Positions 13,590 through 25,875 of a DNA stretch of 64,000 nucleotides are shown piece after piece (the stretch's first letter is position 1; each line of letters opens with the position of its first letter). The translations under genes were made by a program, and so were the position numbers. The notes beneath the pieces are model-generated. The model was not told the origin of the DNA. It saw nothing but the letters and a program-made list of their open reading frames with translations, and ran no database searches. The DNA comes from Perkinsus chesapeaki ATCC PRA-425 (lineage: Eukaryota > Protista > Perkinsozoa): contig JAAPAO010000002.1 in the NCBI GenBank assembly GCA_013115145.1, positions 198,042 to 262,041 of the forward strand, in the 5' to 3' direction.

Positions 13590-13924
13590 TCATATGTACT
13601 GCCTTCTTTTCTTTATACGAATCCTCCTATCGCGAAACCACCGCCACCACCTATGCACCACCTTCGCGTCCAAACGAAAGCATATGCTATTACTCCCCTA
13701 GAGGCCCGCAATCAGCCTTCTGAGGGTTCTGCAGCCCCTTGATCTTCTCTTTTATTTGCTGTTGTCGCATAAAGTGCTTCTTATAACCTAAGACATGAAA
13801 TGCCCGGAGCTTCAACTTGTGCTGTGAAGTTTTTCTCACAAAAAATGGTTAATGGTGCCGGATCTGGCGGTGCAACGATCCGCTTAGCCACGGTGGTAGA
13901 TACCCGCTGGGCCAGAGTCGACAT
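13590..13924 (-). CDS. small basic protein of about 80 aa; candidate mitoribosomal or other RNA-binding protein
   Basis: Three exons with GT-AG introns give MSTLAQRVSTTVAKRIVAPPDPAPLTIFCYKKHFMRQQQIKEKIKGLQNPQKADCGPLGEWWRWFRDRRIRIKKRRQYI*. Confidence 0.5.
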
Positions 13925-14095
13925 GGCAACGACGTAACCTACACAGATCTTCGGCTGAGCATCACACTGAAACTTGTGAATCTTGTAACACAATTTTGGC
14001 GAAGCGGCGCACAAAAAACGTAAATGTTTTTGTCGGACTTTGTGACGAATTCACAGCAGTTGATTGCAGTTATCGAATAAATTATCTGTACTATA

Positions 14096-14840
14096 ATGCC
14101 AAGTCGTCCTTCTACCCAAATTCCTATGCTGCAGCCCGCCGATGTTCTCTGCAACTCTCCCAGCCATGTCGACGAGACCTTGCACTATCTGCTGTTACAA
14201 GCGCCTTCTCGACCAGTACCAATGCCACTGAGAGGATACTCGATATTCCTGGTCGTACTGGGAATTGCATTGGCAATCGGGTAGTACCGCAGGCGCTGGG
14301 GTTTACGTTGTGCGTTATCGCTACATGAAGTGAGCGTTCTGTGAGCTGCGCTAAACACTTGTATGTCGTAGATTGTCGCAAAACAGGGTGATTTGCAGCA
14401 AGCGAAGTTTCTCGCGTAATAACGAAATCGGCTTCCTTTTCAGGGCAATTGTATTGGATGCGTCACTGGCCTTCCCGCACCAACAGCTGATACGAAACTC
14501 GGCTCTCATTACTGCAGCGTTTCTTCTAGCAACAGGAGCCGATGGCATGTTGGCAGGCGGGTCTCTTTATGAGGCAAAGCGCTTCTATGTGATGTTCTTA
14601 TTTTCCCATGTAGTAAACCCACGCTTCGACATTCTGGACGCATCACTTTCGATCTCAGGTTCTAGCAGTATCCGAACTTCTTACAGGCGCTATTTTCCTC
14701 GGAAGAGATGAGGGGGCCACCTTCACCTCTCTTTGTGTTGTCGCAGCACTGATAGGCCTCTGCGGAATCATCAGCGTCGGCCACATAGCGAAAGGGTAGT
14801 AACTGGTGGAAGTATTGCCTCGTATTCGAAAATTGGTCTT
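14096..14840 (+). CDS. hypothetical membrane protein; exon structure unresolved
   Basis: Hydrophobic open stretches (YSIFLVVLGIALAI; NSALITAAFLLATG; VLAVSELLTGAIF; FTSLCVVAALIGLCGIISVG) separated by intron-like sequence. Confidence 0.35.
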
Positions 14841-15570
14841 TATTTAATGAATAGTTATGTTGCGAATCATGAAGTTCGCGAAAATTTGTGTGGAATTTTG
14901 AATACATTCATTGTAATGATTTTTGCCCCACTGTCAGGTATGTGCGTTCATGTGAAGCAAACTTCTATGAAGGAAGCTGTAGCATCTGAGTTATCTTGGA
15001 ACCATCTGCATGTTGTCTTAACGCGTGGATCGGATTTAAGGCGTTTTCGACTCTCGCTTGCATGCAGAGGAGATTACCATTCGACTGTTATATACTTGAA
15101 TTGCTATGTGTATTGGTCATTCATATTTTCCTGCCTACTTGCAGCTATTCTCTAAAGGCACCACCAACGCCCAGGAGCAGCTGTGGTGTGCAAGGCTGGT
15201 ATCAGCTATTTTTCAATCTACATCCCAGCGCCTCTGCCCTATAGTCGGGATCAGCGATGATGCTAGCTGCAAGGGACACGTAGCCTTCACTTTTTGTTGT
15301 GTTATATTGTCATCAATGGGGGGGTCCGCGCTCTGGGAAGACTGTTACAGGCTTTGCGTGGAAGCATTTCCAACTAAGTAACCTCGACTATGTCATCGGA
15401 ATCCTCAAGCTCGTCGTCTCTTGAAGATCGTATTAGTGGGTGCTGTATAGAAGGCTGTGAGACGAAGAATGGTTCAGTCGATGGGGTAGTATGGTTTTGG
15501 ATGGAGGCTCCATCATGAAGCGCATGAGTTGTACTGTCAGATAGAGCGGCGCAAACACCGAAAGCGGCAA

Positions 15571-17710
15571 ATGAAGGGCCCACGAGTGGCAATGGTGTCC
15601 GACTTCTTCTACCCGGGACTTGGTAGTAGTGGGTCATGGATTGAGTTCCACAGTCTGATTCTCACACAAATCGATACGCTTGATACCATCCAAAGGAGGT
15701 TGAGTTTCTCGTTTCAGGAGGAGTGGAAATGCACATTTACCAGCTGAGTCAGTGTCTGATGGAACTAGGTTTCTACGTCATAGTTATTACCCACTACAGA
15801 GGCGATAGGATGGGAGTAAGCATCATAGGAGGCTCGCTTAACTACTCTGAGTCCGCGCATAGTACTATAGTGAATTAGCAGTTGTGTAGGATTGCGTAAC
15901 CTAATCACCCTATGCCATGGCTTGCTCAGATCCGATACATGACAAACGGATTGAAAGTATACTACCTCCCGTACAAGACGTTTGTAGATCAATGTAAGTC
16001 GCAATCCTGGCAATTTCTGGACGATTTTCTCAGGCACACCTCCTGCTTTTATAACGTACTTTGCCTTAATGCGTCAGATTTTAATTCGTGAACGAATCGA
16101 TATAGTGAGGCAGCCTTTTACGCAGTACTAAGCCATTAACTCCTAGGTGCACGGACACCAAGCAACTTCTGCACTGTGCCAAGAAATGTGCTTTCACGCC
16201 CGGACTATGGGCTACAAGACCGTGAGAAGTCTTGGACGGACCAAGATTTTCCGAAGGCTCTCCCACTGTAGGTATATACGGATCACAGCCTTTTTGGCTT
16301 TGGGGATGCATCATGTATAGCTATCAACAAGGTGCTCAAAGTCTTTCTTACAGACGTAATGCTGAGCGATTCTTCGACCGCTGAAATATACCTATATACA
16401 GGTGCATCACTGTATTTGTGTCTCCCACACGAACAAAGAGAACCTGATTCTTCGAGCAGCGATCCGACCGGATGACGTCAGTGTAATGCATATCGTGTGA
16501 AGACTATGCTCTCATGGATATCCTCGGCAGGTTATTCCCAATGCGGTTGATGCGTCTCGCTTCACTCCGAACCCTTCGCCTAGAGTCGGGCCATTGCAGC
16601 ACAATTCGGTACTCGCTTCTTGAGTTGGAGTCCCAAGAACTATTAGCTCGATCAGGTATCTATCGTAGTAGTATCGCGGCTGACTTTCCGCAAAGGGATT
16701 GATATACTCATCGACGTGATGCCGGAAATAAGTCGTCGATTCCCTTACGTAATTTCCTCTCACTCGGTTTGGATGATCTGATGCTCGCCTTTCAAAGGTC
16801 CACTGGATTATTGCGGGCGACGGTCCGAAGCGTATGGATATCGAACAGATGCTTGAGCGACATAAATTACACGATAGGACCGAGCTCCTGGGGAAGGTAG
16901 CGCCGCTACTCAATAGCTCCCTCCCGACCGTGGGTGCACAGGTTCCTCACTCGCAAGTGCGTGACGTTCTTCTCCGAGGAGATATTTTTCTGAATTGCAG
17001 TCTGACTGAGGCGTTCTGTATTGCTATTGTCGAGGCAGCCAGTTGCGGTCTCTGCGTAGGGTTGGGTGTTCTCAACCCCTATTTTGGCATATCACTCGGG
17101 TGCTCCTAGGTTGTTTCCACCGATGTTGGTGGTGTCCCAGAGGTCTTACCACCCTCTATGATCCGGTTATGCCCTCCCAACGCAGAGAAGTTCGTAGAAG
17201 CCGTTTCAGAAACCATCACGGAGGACGTTCCCTATAGGGATCGGTGGGACCAGCATCGGAGGGTGCGGCTCTTCTTTGTCGCAGTCGATAAAACGTTTCC
17301 TGCCAGGTAAGCGAAATGTACAGCTGGGACGACGTGGCTCGACGTACAGCCGATGTCTATAAGAAAGTGATGGATACACCAGACATGACTTTGAAGCAAC
17401 GAATTCGCCTCTTACATACTACCGGACCGGCCCTTGGCAAGGTAGGCAACGTTCCCGCTTGGGGACGAAGATATCTGGTTTTCATTTACGGACGTTTTTC
17501 AGATATGTGTGCTGATGGTGGTGTTCTCTCGGATGATGTGCATTTTCTTCAATTGGTTGTATCCGGTTAAGAGGATCGAAAAATCTGTAGATTTCCCTTT
17601 CAAGGCATACAGGAAGCATGAGCGTCTCGGCACCCACCACCACCGTTGAGCAGGCAATCGCTATTTCCCTTGATCTTGCACGCTGTGGTGTTCCGGAGAC
17701 AGTCGAATAA
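15571..17710 (+). CDS. PIGA: phosphatidylinositol N-acetylglucosaminyltransferase catalytic subunit (GPI anchor biosynthesis)
   Basis: Spliced: [138 protein letters not shown], and a C-terminal TM helix. Confidence 0.97.
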
Positions 17711-18917
17711 ATTAATCCCATGAAGCACAGAGAGATGCTCGGTTGGCATCACTTCAATTGCCGGAATAACCGAACTGGCTGATATCGGCAAGATCGATTC
17801 TAAAGAAAGGTCACAGTCATGCTGATAGCTTCTGCCGCTACGCTCGTAGTTCAGAAGAGCTGCGTTCGAGTGGCAACTCGCGAGATCCCTCCTTACAACA
17901 GACCCATGAATCATGAGCCATGATGCTATCCGTCCAAAAGGGATTATACCCGATACGATTGGGTCTAAAAATGACTAACTACGTTCAAGAGGCATCAACG
18001 AGGATTGCTTTCAAACTTTTCACGCTATCATCTAATGAGAGGTATTTCTGATGCACATCAGTCACCTTTCTGTTTTGGATGCACGTCAAGCTGCTCGTTT
18101 TTCCTAATCAATCAATGATGCTAGTCGCGCTTGGTTGATTCGGGTAGGTAAGAGGCCATCACTAATGGCCAAGGCTACCTGATAGCTCAAATTGGGCTGC
18201 GCAACGGCATAATTAATCTATCCCGTGCACTAGAAGGCCGAGGGCTCACGAAAACAACAAGCAGTTAGGCAGAAACGAGCATAAACGTATCATGAACTAA
18301 CTGTGGAGCTGCCCGAAAATGCAGTTTCTCCTCCTCGACTTTGTGTTCGCCATACCCATTTTCCGTCTGACCGAATACACCGTACGACCCGCACTCATTA
18401 AGGGTTAGCTTCACTACCTTCCCTTTTTTCGGTAATTAGGCTTCCCGCCTGTGTATATCTGCAACGGTGGAGCCTCGTGGAAAGATAACTCGTTCAACTG
18501 AGACTTGGCCACTCCTGGAAGAACATTTCTTGTGTGAGCTACAGGAAAAGACTCACGTGACGGGTGCGTCACAAGCTGCAAGGTAGATGCTGCTCGCCAA
18601 CATAGAGATGACGATAAAGAACTGGCCGTTCGGTAGGCCACGGATATCATTAGACCGAAACACAAACTGCGCACATCACTATTGCAATCCAGAAACTGAA
18701 TTGAGGACTCAGAACCCGACACTAACTATTAAAGCTATTACACATTCCTCCTGGGAGTGACGAGGAAACTAGATGCTACAACCTTACCGGCGAACAATAA
18801 ATGTGAAATGTGTCTCATATCATCGGCGTCTCACAGCGTCGGCCATGCAACATAAAGAGCACCTCGCCCGCACGTTCCAACAAAGGATCGAGTACATGGA
18901 CTGCGAAAGAAACCGCC

Positions 18918-21626
18918 CTATCGTGGGCACAGTTGACCGTCTAGGGCCGACATAGCATTGTTGAGGGCTCGCAGTGCATACGTTAGTTCCACAACGCGAC
19001 GGGCTGAAATACAAGCTGAATCCAAAGGTGCATTTGTACATGTGTAAACTAACCTTGGAAAATAAGATAAACGTAGTCTGCCATCTCCCACAACTCCAAC
19101 TGTTCGATTTTCATAAATCGACCAAAATCAGCCTTAGAGAACCGTTCAGGGTAGCATACCAGCTTTTTGAGCACAACCTTCTGTAGCAACGTGAGAAACT
19201 GACCATGCCCACCGTTCCGATGATCCAGATTCAGAATACTACCTTGTTTTGCTGTGTGTAGTCATAATCGTGATGTGCAATACCGTACATCTGATGCACG
19301 TACACGAGTATGGCCTGCCGCAGCGGAAGCGTGCTAGGAACGCTCCGAGGCCCGATGTGATCGGTAGCAGATTCCAACGCTTCCATATACCTGAGCAGAA
19401 ATAGAGGATTTCGGCCGTGCGACAGTAAACCTACTCTCTGTCGATAGAGTCGGTAAGAGACCCATCAAGCAGGAGATGATTCATGAGGACGCGGGCCTGT
19501 TCATCCCATGAAAACTGCGAGTCCCACGGTATGCCCTTAGAGCCTCGAACGTCAAAATCAAAGTAGTGCAGCGGTTTCCCGCATTGTCCACTGAAAAGGA
19601 AGTATCTCGGGATTATGACCGTACGCTCATACCAATCTTCCATCTCCCCCACATTGTCCTGAGGCGAGTGGGGTGGGTGCCGGAACCTGAAGCGAGCATA
19701 ACAAAGTGACCACCGCAGCCAGCAGTACCGTCTGCAACTTGGTGCTCGAACACGAGGATATGCATTCATAACTAGGCTTAAATTAGACTTTTTCCCTTCC
19801 GACAGACGAATGGCTGACGTCGACGATGCTTGCGAAGATGGCTCTGCCTGAAGGACGGCGAATAGTCCAAGAGGGACGGAGAGATTTATGTTTACTGATT
19901 GCTGCTGTTTTCCTCCAGTATGACGCGTTTTTGAGTGAGACGATGACGAGACGGGCCGGGATCCCTAAGTGGCAGTGGGAGCGCCGCAGCGTGACCTGCT
20001 GTACTACATCGTTCTCCCTTGACTTAGGCGAGGAACCGAACATCCAGTAATGTTCCGATAATTTCCCGAAAGAGGGATGCGAGTCTTCCCGCGTTATCGG
20101 GTCTTTCGTAAGATACTCTACACATCACAGTTAGAATCCCAGCCTCTACTACAACAACGGTACCAATCGATGGGTGGCTCTCTGACTCATCGTCTGATCC
20201 CCTATCAGCATGTTCTATGAGCCGCTGTGCTGTAAAAGGCACGGACCCTGTATTATCCAGGAAACAACTGAAGGTACTCCAAACTCCGAACCGACATGAG
20301 ACCTCTAGAACCACCTCGGCATCCTTTCCATGTCGGGATCATAAGGAGGATCGTCGAAAAAGATTTCGCCCGGCTCCAGCCGCAGATCTGGTTCGACCTC
20401 CAATCCGAGGCCGAACGCTACAACTGGGAGAGTATGGAAGGTACTAAAAATGACAGTAAAACGCAGCATTAATGAGAGATCTATCCAAGTTTTCACCTCA
20501 GTATGGCTAGGGCCACTACAAGATCCGCTTTCGACCACACCTGAGGATGGACATGCCGGAAACTTGAGCGGGTTGAAATCCCACTACCTGGAGTAAGTCC
20601 TCCATGTGCCGCTGCGTCAGGTCCCATGGTTTGTGACAGAGGATGAGATTGACGTCCTGCAACTAAGTCATCTTCAAAGACAGATCGATCCTACATGAAG
20701 TGCCCTCAGCTGCTTTGGTACGCTCGTTGGATCCGTCAGCCAGTTGATATCCCCGCCCGACGCCCTACAATATCGCATCTTCCGAGTCACATATCTGATA
20801 GGTCTCACAGGAAAAGCTCTATCTGGTTACGAACCAGGTATTCGCAGTTGTGCCGTGAGGCTGCCATCATAGCTATAAAGTGCCTGAGATGCGTCAGCGA
20901 CAGGTGGATATTTCGAAGTTGGAATCTGAACTACCTCCAGTGAAGCTGCAAACCCCCTTCGTGGAACATGAGAACGTCCATAGTTCTCGAATAGTTAACG
21001 AAGAAGCGAGGGACAGTCGAAAGGGCCCAGTCCTGTCAGAGCTTTCCAGCTATGCAAGGATAAGAATTGCTTACTAGGTGAGTTATCCTAGCAGCTGAGC
21101 TCGAATCAAATAACGACCAATCCACAGGAGGCACCGATATGAGATGGGGATCTGAGGGCGGTCAATACGAAATGCAGCGCGCAATAGCAGCTTACTTTTC
21201 GAGAACCTGCTGACCTCTGTATCGATATATCTGGCTGCTACAGCAATTCCGGAATTCCTTTGAGCTGCCAAGAAGTTCTGACAAACGGAATAGATCCCCA
21301 ATGATGATTGTGTTGACTTGTCTCACGTCGGCTGCGTTCCGGATGTCCGGAAATCGGCAGGTATATTTTAGACGGAGCAAGATCCTAATGGCTTGGTCGA
21401 GCTCTGCATGAGCAGAGCCTGTAGTGCGACGAGCATTAGCGAGCGAACGCAACCACGATGTGATATCTTGGAAGGCCTCAAGTCTGAAGATAATCATGCG
21501 CGACCAGAGAAGTTATTTTGATCCGTTCCCCCTTTAGTACCTTGCTCTAGGGGCATCAATAGCTAGTTGCAGATCCCGAAGCCTCTGCACGGTTACACGG
21601 ATAGCAGCTACATCAGTGTTGGACAT
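18918..21626 (-). CDS. SESN: sestrin (PA26/p53-induced protein family) homologue
   Basis: Spliced motifs MAASRHNCEYLV, GGDINWL...PKQLRAL, VNLILCHKPWDLT, FSWDEQA, LRQAILVYVHQMYGIAHHDYDY, KKLVCYPE and EMADYVYLIFQARRVVELTYALRAL. These match human sestrin motifs (AAARHQCSYLV, NKLLAHRPWLIT, FSWEDHG, LRRAIWNYIHC.FGIRYDDYDY, KTVACYPE, EARMQAALLYALRA) in the same order. Confidence 0.88.
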
Positions 21627-22249
21627 TATGGGTGACCTGAAAGAAAATATAAAGGGGACGATTCGTTGCTCAACAGGCACGCCTATGAAATTCGGAATTC
21701 TTATCAGGCTTGTCTAGGGTCTAATGAACACCAACAACCGCTTCCATTGTATTTCTTCTATTTTCCGGCAGCACCACCGAGTTGCGCCTAGCTGTCTAAT
21801 TGTTGCCACTGGGTACAGTGCGATGATGCCCATCCGATCCTCCCTTACTCATCCTGCGACATCAGGTGAAACACGTCCTTTACGCAGTAGTGTGGCACAA
21901 GCTCCTGGCGGACTAGATCACACAGAGAACCACCAAACTGAAAGGGTAACAGTGCATAATGCTCTCCTGTCACTTAATCCTGATTCATGAATAGAAATCT
22001 CTGGGCGAGCGCTATATCGACTGCGCAAGTTGACCAATGACAAGTGTCGATTAGAATGACGGGCGCTGAAGATGGCGAGCATGCGTTCTCAATAGCTGGG
22101 TGGGAGAAGTCCTTGCGGGCAGTTATGACGTTGACAGCCCTTGGGCGTGAGGCTGTGTTATCTTGTGTGTTTTATTAATCTCTTAAAACATGCTTTTGAC
22201 TCGACACTTCTGTTTAACAGGTGATTATTAATATTTAACTAGTAAGCGA

Positions 22250-24067
22250 ATGTTCCTCCTCCAGCAGCCTTCCAGCGCTGTGATCTCGAGGACCACCAAC
22301 AAATACGGTCACGAAGACCACAACTCCTACAAGACGGATGTCCCTTTCCAGTATGTCCATGCCACGGGCCACAGAGGTTGGTCTCACTACCAATTACCCC
22401 AGATTCACGGCTATCAAGATGCCCCTCTTCGTGATATTGCTGGTGATATCATCTCCAGGGGAATGCGCGAGCCGTCTGGTTCCACTTCTACTAAGTATAT
22501 GGCTGATATGCCCATGATGTCGCCAACTTCAATTTCTAACACGACTACTGGAGTTCGCAGAGGTTCTAAGAAGCACAATCGTCGCTTATCTCAGGATATT
22601 CAGAGCAGCAACGTGAATCCCAATCTGAAGGTTCACATTGGAACTTTCCCCACTAAGCGCATTGATAAGACTCCACTCCCTGATGATGCTACGGTTAGCC
22701 CATTCGACGATGAGTTCCCAATTCTTCAGAGTCACAAGATGAGCAACGTCAATCCCAATCTGACGGTTAGTGTTGGCAGCATGCCAAGCAAGAAGATTGG
22801 TCTGGCACCTATCTCCGAAGACTTTGCTGTGAGCCCGTTCGACGACATGTGGGATGTCTTGACTGACCATAAGACTTTAACCCAAAGCAATATCAATAAG
22901 AACTTGCATGTGAGAAGCAATACCTTCCCTACGGTTCATGCCGACATCACGCCACAGCCGGAGGACAACTCCGTAAGCCCTTTTGACGAAGAGTGGCCCA
23001 TCCCAGTGGACGAGAATCGGCTTCAGCACATTGCCACTAGCAACGTCAACCCTACTTTACCAGTGGCTCACAGCACTCTCCCGACTAAGAATATTGACAA
23101 GAGACCGCTACCTACGGATGATAGCGTTAGCCCGTTCGACGAGCACTTCCCACTGCCAAGCTCTTACTGGGAGAGCAATATTAATCCGACATTGCGTGCT
23201 AAGGAGGGCACGATGCCGACTAAGAAGATCGACACGCGGCCCCTGCCTCAAGATGATACGGAGAGCCCATTTGATGAGGAGTTCCCTCACTTGAAAGGTT
23301 ATTGCCAGAGCAATGTAAACCCTGATCTCACCGTTAACATGGGCACCTTTCCGACTAAGAACGTTGACTACTCTCCCTTGCCAGAGGACCCTTCTATTAG
23401 TCCATTCGATGACAACTTCCCCCACTTGCAGAATGTAGATATTCCATCGAAGACGTGGGTGCAAAGTAACGTTAATCCGGGTTTGAGGGCGAGAGTTGGC
23501 AGCTTCCCTGTCGCTGAGCAACTCGACAAGTCTGCTCTACCGGATGACACCACTATAAGCCCTTTCGAAGAGGAATTCCCGAGGTTCATGGGGCAGGAAA
23601 GCATTCACGACTTCAGGACCTATTCGCCTTTCGAGGATGAGTTCAATTCTGTTGCCAATTGGCCCGTGGCTCGTTCCCGTAGCGAATCTTATTCTAAGCA
23701 GCGTCGAGTCACTCAGGTGAAGCAAGGCTTGAAGGAAGTACTGATCCGTCTTGGATCTCAAGAGAAGTATGGTAACGTGAAGGCCACTCACTGGCATCTC
23801 GACAAACAAACTCAGCCTTATGAAGAAATAGATCAGTCAGCCACTAGCATGCCGACTGACTGGCTATCAGCCGTTGGGGTGACTCCACTAGCTCGAGCAC
23901 CAGGGCAGACTGCCTTCCCAAGAATGACCCCGAAAGCTACAGATATGCAGCCTCGGCAGAAGACTGGTCGTATAGGAACGACTGGAATTATTGCCAGTCA
24001 ACCGTCATACATTGCGGGTCATTTCCAGTCCACTCAACGTCAGCAACAACAACCTGGTGGTGTTTAA
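22250..24067 (+). CDS. intronless 605-aa protein with seven tandem 45-52 aa repeats; function unknown
   Basis: Longest uninterrupted ORF in the window. The repeats are conserved at protein level and diverged at synonymous sites, as expected under coding selection. Confidence 0.9.
   Translation: MFLLQQPSSAVISRTTNKYGHEDHNSYKTDVPFQYVHATGHRGWSHYQLPQIHGYQDAPLRDIAGDIISRGMREPSGSTSTKYMADMPMMSPTSISNTTTGVRRGSKKHNRRLSQDIQSSNVNPNLKVHIGTFPTKRIDKTPLPDDATVSPFDDEFPILQSHKMSNVNPNLTVSVGSMPSKKIGLAPISEDFAVSPFDDMWDVLTDHKTLTQSNINKNLHVRSNTFPTVHADITPQPEDNSVSPFDEEWPIPVDENRLQHIATSNVNPTLPVAHSTLPTKNIDKRPLPTDDSVSPFDEHFPLPSSYWESNINPTLRAKEGTMPTKKIDTRPLPQDDTESPFDEEFPHLKGYCQSNVNPDLTVNMGTFPTKNVDYSPLPEDPSISPFDDNFPHLQNVDIPSKTWVQSNVNPGLRARVGSFPVAEQLDKSALPDDTTISPFEEEFPRFMGQESIHDFRTYSPFEDEFNSVANWPVARSRSESYSKQRRVTQVKQGLKEVLIRLGSQEKYGNVKATHWHLDKQTQPYEEIDQSATSMPTDWLSAVGVTPLARAPGQTAFPRMTPKATDMQPRQKTGRIGTTGIIASQPSYIAGHFQSTQRQQQQPGGV
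22607..23645 (+). repeat. coding tandem repeat, 7 units, consensus SN(V/I)NPxLxVxxGT(F/M/L)PTKxIDxxPLPxDxxVSPFD(D/E)x(F/W)PxL
   Basis: Units begin SNVNPNL, SNVNPNL, SNINKNL, SNVNPTL, SNINPTL, SNVNPDL, SNVNPGL. They end SPFDDEF, SPFDDMW, SPFDEEW, SPFDEHF, SPFDEEF, SPFDDNF, SPFEEEF, followed by a partial SPFEDEF. Confidence 0.92.
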
Positions 24068-24329
24068 AATGTATCTTAGATTGTTTAGATCATCGGTTGC
24101 TCCAGGAATCTTTGTTATCTGATATGATTTCACAGTTATGATTAATAATAATACTACTTTTCAAGTCGTCGATGTACGCGTCTTCAAGACGCTTAGCTCA
24201 GATTCATTTCGTATTTAGGAAGTTGCGTTTGCTCGAGTGGTGAATTACAAACCAGACAGGTTTTTCGGTACTTAATGATTGATAACTGAATCACTCCGTT
24301 ACAATTTGGACTAGCAATAATCGTTGAAT

Positions 24330-24900
24330 CCCGAGCAAGCGCCCAAGCCGCCAGCCCGGTTGCACACAGTGCTCTGGATTGAAAATATTGTCTCCATCAG
24401 AGAAGAACCCAAGTCAATGAACTTCAGGAAATCGAGCGCAATGTCATACTAGTCAGAAGGTAAAAATGCTTCTGCAACTACTTGGAAATCCACTGCTCCG
24501 GTGCATGTTAAATGTATATTTCAATTCGCTCTTCCACTGAGCCTGTAAAACATCAAATACGGAGCAGATATGATTGACTTCGACGTACCAGAGACTAAAG
24601 AGGTAGCTGGTACCTCGTCACATCGGTTGAACGGAAGAGAGCGCGCCTCACTATATCCAACGTAGAGCTGATCTTCAGTATGGTTGAACTTGCAGAAGAG
24701 TTGGTCGACTGGAAGCCAGGAGCGAAATACGCCCAGAACAGGAATCGTCATTACGTCCGAAAGGCATGAGCACTTGTCTGAGGCAATCTTCTTCTTTCCG
24801 TAGCTCAGGGAAAAGGATCATCCCAGAAGTCTCATTGTACTGAGCAAGGCAACAGCGTCGAGGCTTCGCGAAAATTCAAGCACCAACATCGTATTTCTCC
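24330..24900 (-). CDS. small hypothetical protein, multi-exon
   Basis: Open exon SYGKKKIASDKCSCLSDVMTIPVLGVFRSWLPVDQLFCKFNHTEDQLYVGYSE bounded by splice-like sites; no family recognised. Confidence 0.3.
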
Positions 24901-25875
24901 CCCTCACAGTGCAGTAGCATTCCATATGAAACACCGCTTAGGTCGGCATGAACACCATCGAAAGAGATTCTCCCATTACGCAACGCATCTAAATACAGTC
25001 CACGATCGACCTCATAAGGATCGCATAGGATAGTAGTATCTTATCCTACCGCTGGCGTTAGCACAAAATTCGCCAGTAAACTTCGTTTCGTGCACAACTA
25101 AGAAGCACAAATACCAACAAATGCTTTTGTGGAGTTCGCCCTACCGGGGAAGGTCTCTAGTCCAAAGTCCAGTAGGTCATCAGTAGCTCCGCATTGCATC
25201 ATCGTTGCGTTGACCCTGCAAACCGAGAGCCACGCTTGTGTAGTTTGTTGCAGATGAGAACATTCTTACTTTTGGTTCACTTCAAGCGTTAGCACGTCCG
25301 TCTTATCATTGTAGTAGAACAATATCGAACTGAGTTTAACTGAATTGGAAGAAATGTTGGACAAAAAAATAAGATCAGATTCCAGAAGTCCTGATTCGGC
25401 GTTCATGACCTCCAAACTCGGCGAGCTTCCTGTTGATGCAGTCGTCTGGCTCTTGCCACCTTGTCAAGTGCCCAATTCCGGTGGTTGGATCGTACTAGGG
25501 CAGGCTGGTAGGGAAGGGAGCGATCATGAGTACAGATACCTTGTATTCCTCATCCTTGCAGTCTAGCTCTTGGAAGAACACTTCCAAGTAAATCTCGAAA
25601 TGTGTGTCATCCTGGATTGTGACATTGCCGTTTTTAACCTAAAGCGCACCCGTTCACAAAAACTTTCAAGAGATTGCGAATACCAGTTCTTTGTATTCTC
25701 CACAGTAGGACCCGTGTGGTTTATTCTCTGCGGCAACAGGGGAGAGGAGAGAAATAATGAGTAAAATTAATACCATATTGCGAACCACTGGACTGATAGA
25801 TGACCTTTGATTAATAACGAAAACACTCATGCTTCATGACCTAATTCTTCATATACACATCAAATTGGATGGTGT

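Noticed and set aside
22586-23809. Several minus-strand ORFs antisense to the repeat protein
   Set aside because: Shadow frames of a long coding sequence, with no motifs.
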